A model generated the notes under the pieces. The model worked only from the letters and a program-made list of their open reading frames with translations, was not told the origin of the DNA and ran no database searches. Source: Stylophora pistillata (taxonomy: Eukaryota). Taken from it: a stretch of 64,000 nt of DNA. The stretch covers positions 130,637 to 194,636 of the forward strand of contig NW_019218027.1 in assembly GCF_002571385.2 (NCBI RefSeq). The letters are read 5' to 3'. Position 1 is the first letter of the stretch. Each line of letters starts with the position of its first letter. The translations under genes and the position numbers were made by a program. Below, piece by piece: positions 61,501 through 64,000 of this stretch.

Positions 61501-63003
61501 GAGGTGGGTGCAAAATACAGGGGGAAGTTTGAAGCAAAGCTGAAATTTAATGAAGGGTGGTAGATTAATTAAAGCAAAACAGAAGCTTCTACAGGGTTTT
61601 CCTGCTAGGCTGCAAATTGAATTAAACTGTACTTAGTTCTTATTATCCAAGTGGGAGATCTGTACGGGAGAATCTTGACCGAGGTTGCCAGTACAGACCG
61701 AATGCAGTGAGGTCTGTATAACAACCGAGGTCAAGATTCTCCCATACAGACTGACCTAGCTCAGTTAATAAGATGTTTATTATATGGCTGTCTTATGTGC
61801 CAATTTTTTATATTCTTTGTACCTTTTTTTTCTAGAGCGGTCTAGATGCCGGTCTAGATGGGAAAATCTAGACTGCTTTCCATATTGATTTCAGCCAATC
61901 AAATTCGTGAATTCGGTTAAGTTCCCAGTCCTTGTGAGACACAGCCATATAATAATAAGTAACAGTGACGATATACCTGCTACTGTTTGTGTGGTCCAAG
62001 ACTATTTTGTCTGTCTGCCTGAAAATTTTCAGTCCTCATCAACACCTTCAATGAGTTGTGTTTAATTGTTTTTTTCTCATCCCTCACTTATTTGATTTAT
62101 TAATATTTATCTATTTGATTATATATTATTTATGAATTTTTAATTGGTGTCATTTATTTATTAAATATTAGATCAGCACTTGCTGAAGTCACAAATGAGC
62201 TTGAGGAGAGGCAGCACAGATGGTCACAGATAGAATCACTTTGTGGATTCCAGATCATGTCACAGACATCCTTTGGTATAGGGAAAGGAAGTGGCAGTCA
62301 AACCAACTCAGGTTCAGCCATAGCAGAAGCTCTTGTCAATGTGGCTAATGTGGCAGGGGTCAGTTCTGGAAGAAAGATCTCCTCTAGTGCTAGTCCTTGG
62401 AAATCACCATCTGTTCCTGAAACAGCAGATAGCAAAGAAGACCTTCCTCCAACATACTCTGCTGCTACTGCTTATGGCAGTGTGCATGATGTGCAGAAAG
62501 AGCCCTGTAATGATATAGCAAACTTAACTGGCCAAGAAAATGATTCTGGAGGAAGTACTAAAGGTGTGACAAGGCATGCTGAAAAGGATGTTGTGCAAAT
62601 GAGAGAGAAAACATCTTCTGATATAAGTAAAAGGCATCCAAGTCTTCATCTGGGAGCACAAGCCATGACAATTGGTGTAACAAAATCAGAAGTTTCAGCC
62701 AAATCTTTAGAGCAGTTGTCAGCATCTTGTGGGAAATTAGAGCAAGATGAACAAATTTCAAATGGCTTGCCTGACTCACCAACTGGAAAATCCAAAAAGA
62801 GACTGAGCTGGTTTGGAAAGAGGCAAGACTCCACTACTGAAAGTGAATCATCAGCAGCTGAAAATGACGACGAAAAAAGGAGAAAAGTAAGGTGGCTGTG
62901 GAGGTCAGCAGTTCGTAAGTCAAAATCACAGAGAAACCCAACAATCAAATCAAATAATAGTGCAACTATGGCTACATCACTGGAAAAGTTAAAATCAGGG
63001 TGA
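50183..63003 (+). CDS. STIM1: Stromal interaction molecule (ER Ca2+ sensor): signal peptide, EF-hand, SAM, TM, CC1, CAD/SOAR
   Basis: Exons 50183-50270, (53457-53471 possible), 53517-53629 (DDDRNGKVDLSE EF-hand), 54883-54994, 55333-55444 (VHNWT), 57587-57702 (AMDVVLFGPP), 58700-58877 (TM), 59323-59413, 59827-59913, 60446-60610, 61296-61396 (IKKKRNS..G..AH), 62172-63003 (RW.QIE.LCGF.I). Probably the single pre-duplication STIM. Confidence 0.95.
52404..52970. mobile_element. Kolobok-type non-autonomous DNA transposon in STIM intron 1
   Basis: ~115-bp imperfect TIRs beginning AGTGCCCATAA; TTAA TSD at 52400-52403 and 52971-52974; purine-purine (AG) termini. Confidence 0.8.
53941..54261. mobile_element. 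~320-bp double-hairpin interspersed repeat, copy 1
   Basis: Highly similar to 61632-61952; palindromic modules CTTATT..CCAAG...GGTTAATAAG and TTATATGGCTGTGTC...GACACAGCCATATAA. Confidence 0.85.
54295..54656 (+). mobile_element. Full-length tRNA-derived SINE with Nin/Deu-like core and L2/CR1-like 3' tail ending (ATT)n
   Basis: A box TAGCCCAATGG at 54306, B box GGTTCAAGCCC at 54350; tail TGTAAAGCGCT...AGCGCTCTATAAG + (ATT)n. Confidence 0.85.
58362..58395 (-). ncRNA. Minimal type I hammerhead ribozyme
   Basis: ACT-CTGACGA-A-GGGC-TAAT-GCTC-GAAA-CG-TC-AGT: intact core, stem II, palindromic ACGU stem III, 3-bp stem I. Confidence 0.7.
58405..58438 (+). ncRNA. Minimal type I hammerhead ribozyme
   Basis: ACT-CTGACGA-A-GGGC-TAAC-GCTT-GAAA-CG-TC-AGC; predicted cleavage after C58435. 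Confidence 0.65.
60252..60409. mobile_element. 158-bp MITE with ~60-bp TIRs and TA TSD (Tc1/mariner-type)
   Basis: CAGCGAATGCAAATATGGCGTCCAATTTGA... versus ...TCAAATTGGACGCCGTATTTGCATTCGTTG; TA on both flanks. Confidence 0.85.
60832..61192 (+). mobile_element. 5'-truncated Penelope-like retroelement: GIY-YIG endonuclease C-terminus + pseudo-LTR
   Basis: 60832-60945 translates LSLHLGSTESRKNLEQKLIFQTGSLNPTGINERFSFH* (R...E...I.....P.G.N pattern typical of PLE GIY-YIG tails), followed by the hammerhead-bearing segment also seen at 8677-8832 and 58304-58563. Confidence 0.82.
61040..61073 (+). ncRNA. Minimal type I hammerhead ribozyme (Penelope-associated)
   Basis: GCT-CTGACGA-A-GGGC-TAAC-GCTC-GAAA-CG-TC-AGC; predicted cleavage after C61070. 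Confidence 0.75.
61632..61952. mobile_element. ~320-bp double-hairpin interspersed repeat, copy 2
   Basis: Highly similar to 53941-54261. Confidence 0.85.
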
Positions 63004-64000
63004 AACCTAACAAGTTTCACTCATCTGGTCAGCTACCCGGTTTGTTCTGGCAAGCTCTAGTTTGGCAGTGATCAGTTCCAAACACAGTTTAGTTTATTCA
63101 AAACAACTGTAGATTGTCTGCCATCCATGAGTGAACAGGACTGTTACTGTTCTTTTTTTTTTTTTTTTGCTTGGTTGTGGGCTATTAACCTTGATGCTGT
63201 GGTAATGTGAGGAACATGTAATATGTTCAATGTAGTACTCAGGAAAAAAAAAGTGTTGAGAGGAAAGATAACTTTCTCAAGTTCAGTGCTGTTGCTGTTT
63301 TTTCCTTTTTAGGGAAGAGGATAATTTCATATGTAAAGGTTAAGAAATGAAAATGTTTAGAGTCCTGTTTGGTGTTTATCAATTTTATTATTAACATTTG
63401 TATTATTAAATAATGGTGTTATGATGAGGCATCACATTTACTAGAAAGAACAATTATAGTGGCTGCTGCTTTTAAAGGTGGCTTATTTGATTTTTATGGT
63501 GTACAGATGTATACTGGAACAAAAGGTGTTTATTAGTTTAACAGAAAAAGTAATCTATTGTATAGTTTGGGTGCACATTATTTTCTTTGATCAAAAAACT
63601 TTTAGGATTATTCTGACTTATTGGGACATGGTTAAAATATTTTCTCAATTCACAAGCTTGAACAGGTTACATATGAATATGTTTGATATTGTTGTATTTT
63701 TTGGTAATTTTTTCAAACTGATTCCATCATGTCTGGATCTCAGGTTCAGAATCCTATCATAAACAAATCAAATTTTAACTTCAGTAGATGAAGGAAAAAG
63801 TCAATTGGTTTCTTCTCTTCCCTCTTTTTACCTTGTTAGACAGAAATCCTCACTGGACATTGAGCAGTGAAAAAAATATCAGCAATGATCAGTAATAGAA
63901 CTTGTTACACAACTTGGGCAGAGGGCCAATAACTAAAATCAACCAATCAAAATGCTCTATTGCCGGTCCAATATTCTCTCAGTATTGAACCGGGCACTGT

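Overview
Gene-dense, intron-rich, AT-rich eukaryotic (animal) DNA. The repeat families and gene structures suggest a cnidarian, probably a scleractinian coral (inference, not verified). I built spliced gene models by hand from GT-AG boundaries and reading-phase continuity. In order: terminal exon of a TAF1-like gene (+), ALKBH8 (-), 5-hydroxyisourate hydrolase URAH (+), a Crypton/DUF3504 tyrosine-recombinase-derived gene (+), two SLC25A33/36 pyrimidine-nucleotide carriers (-; one with 5 exons, one intronless), CHM/REP1 (-), EPHX2 (+), SRA1 (-) and STIM (+). Three gene pairs are head-to-head. Main discovery: URAH has a hidden 54-nt first exon encoding a PTS2 peroxisomal signal (7440-7493), about 9.1 kb upstream of its catalytic exons. 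Nested in that first intron on the same strand is a domesticated, apparently catalytically degenerate Crypton/DUF3504 gene. Its second exon has a perfect phase-0 GTAAGT donor that can splice in frame onto the hydrolase exons, so the locus could make both a ~145-aa peroxisomal enzyme and a ~681-aa recombinase-domain/HIU-hydrolase chimera. The introns also carry Penelope-like elements with minimal hammerhead ribozymes, a solo LTR, tRNA-derived SINEs with swapped tails, and several MITEs, two with unusual 6-bp target-site duplications. Assembly gaps lie at 26130-26139 and 42220-42687.
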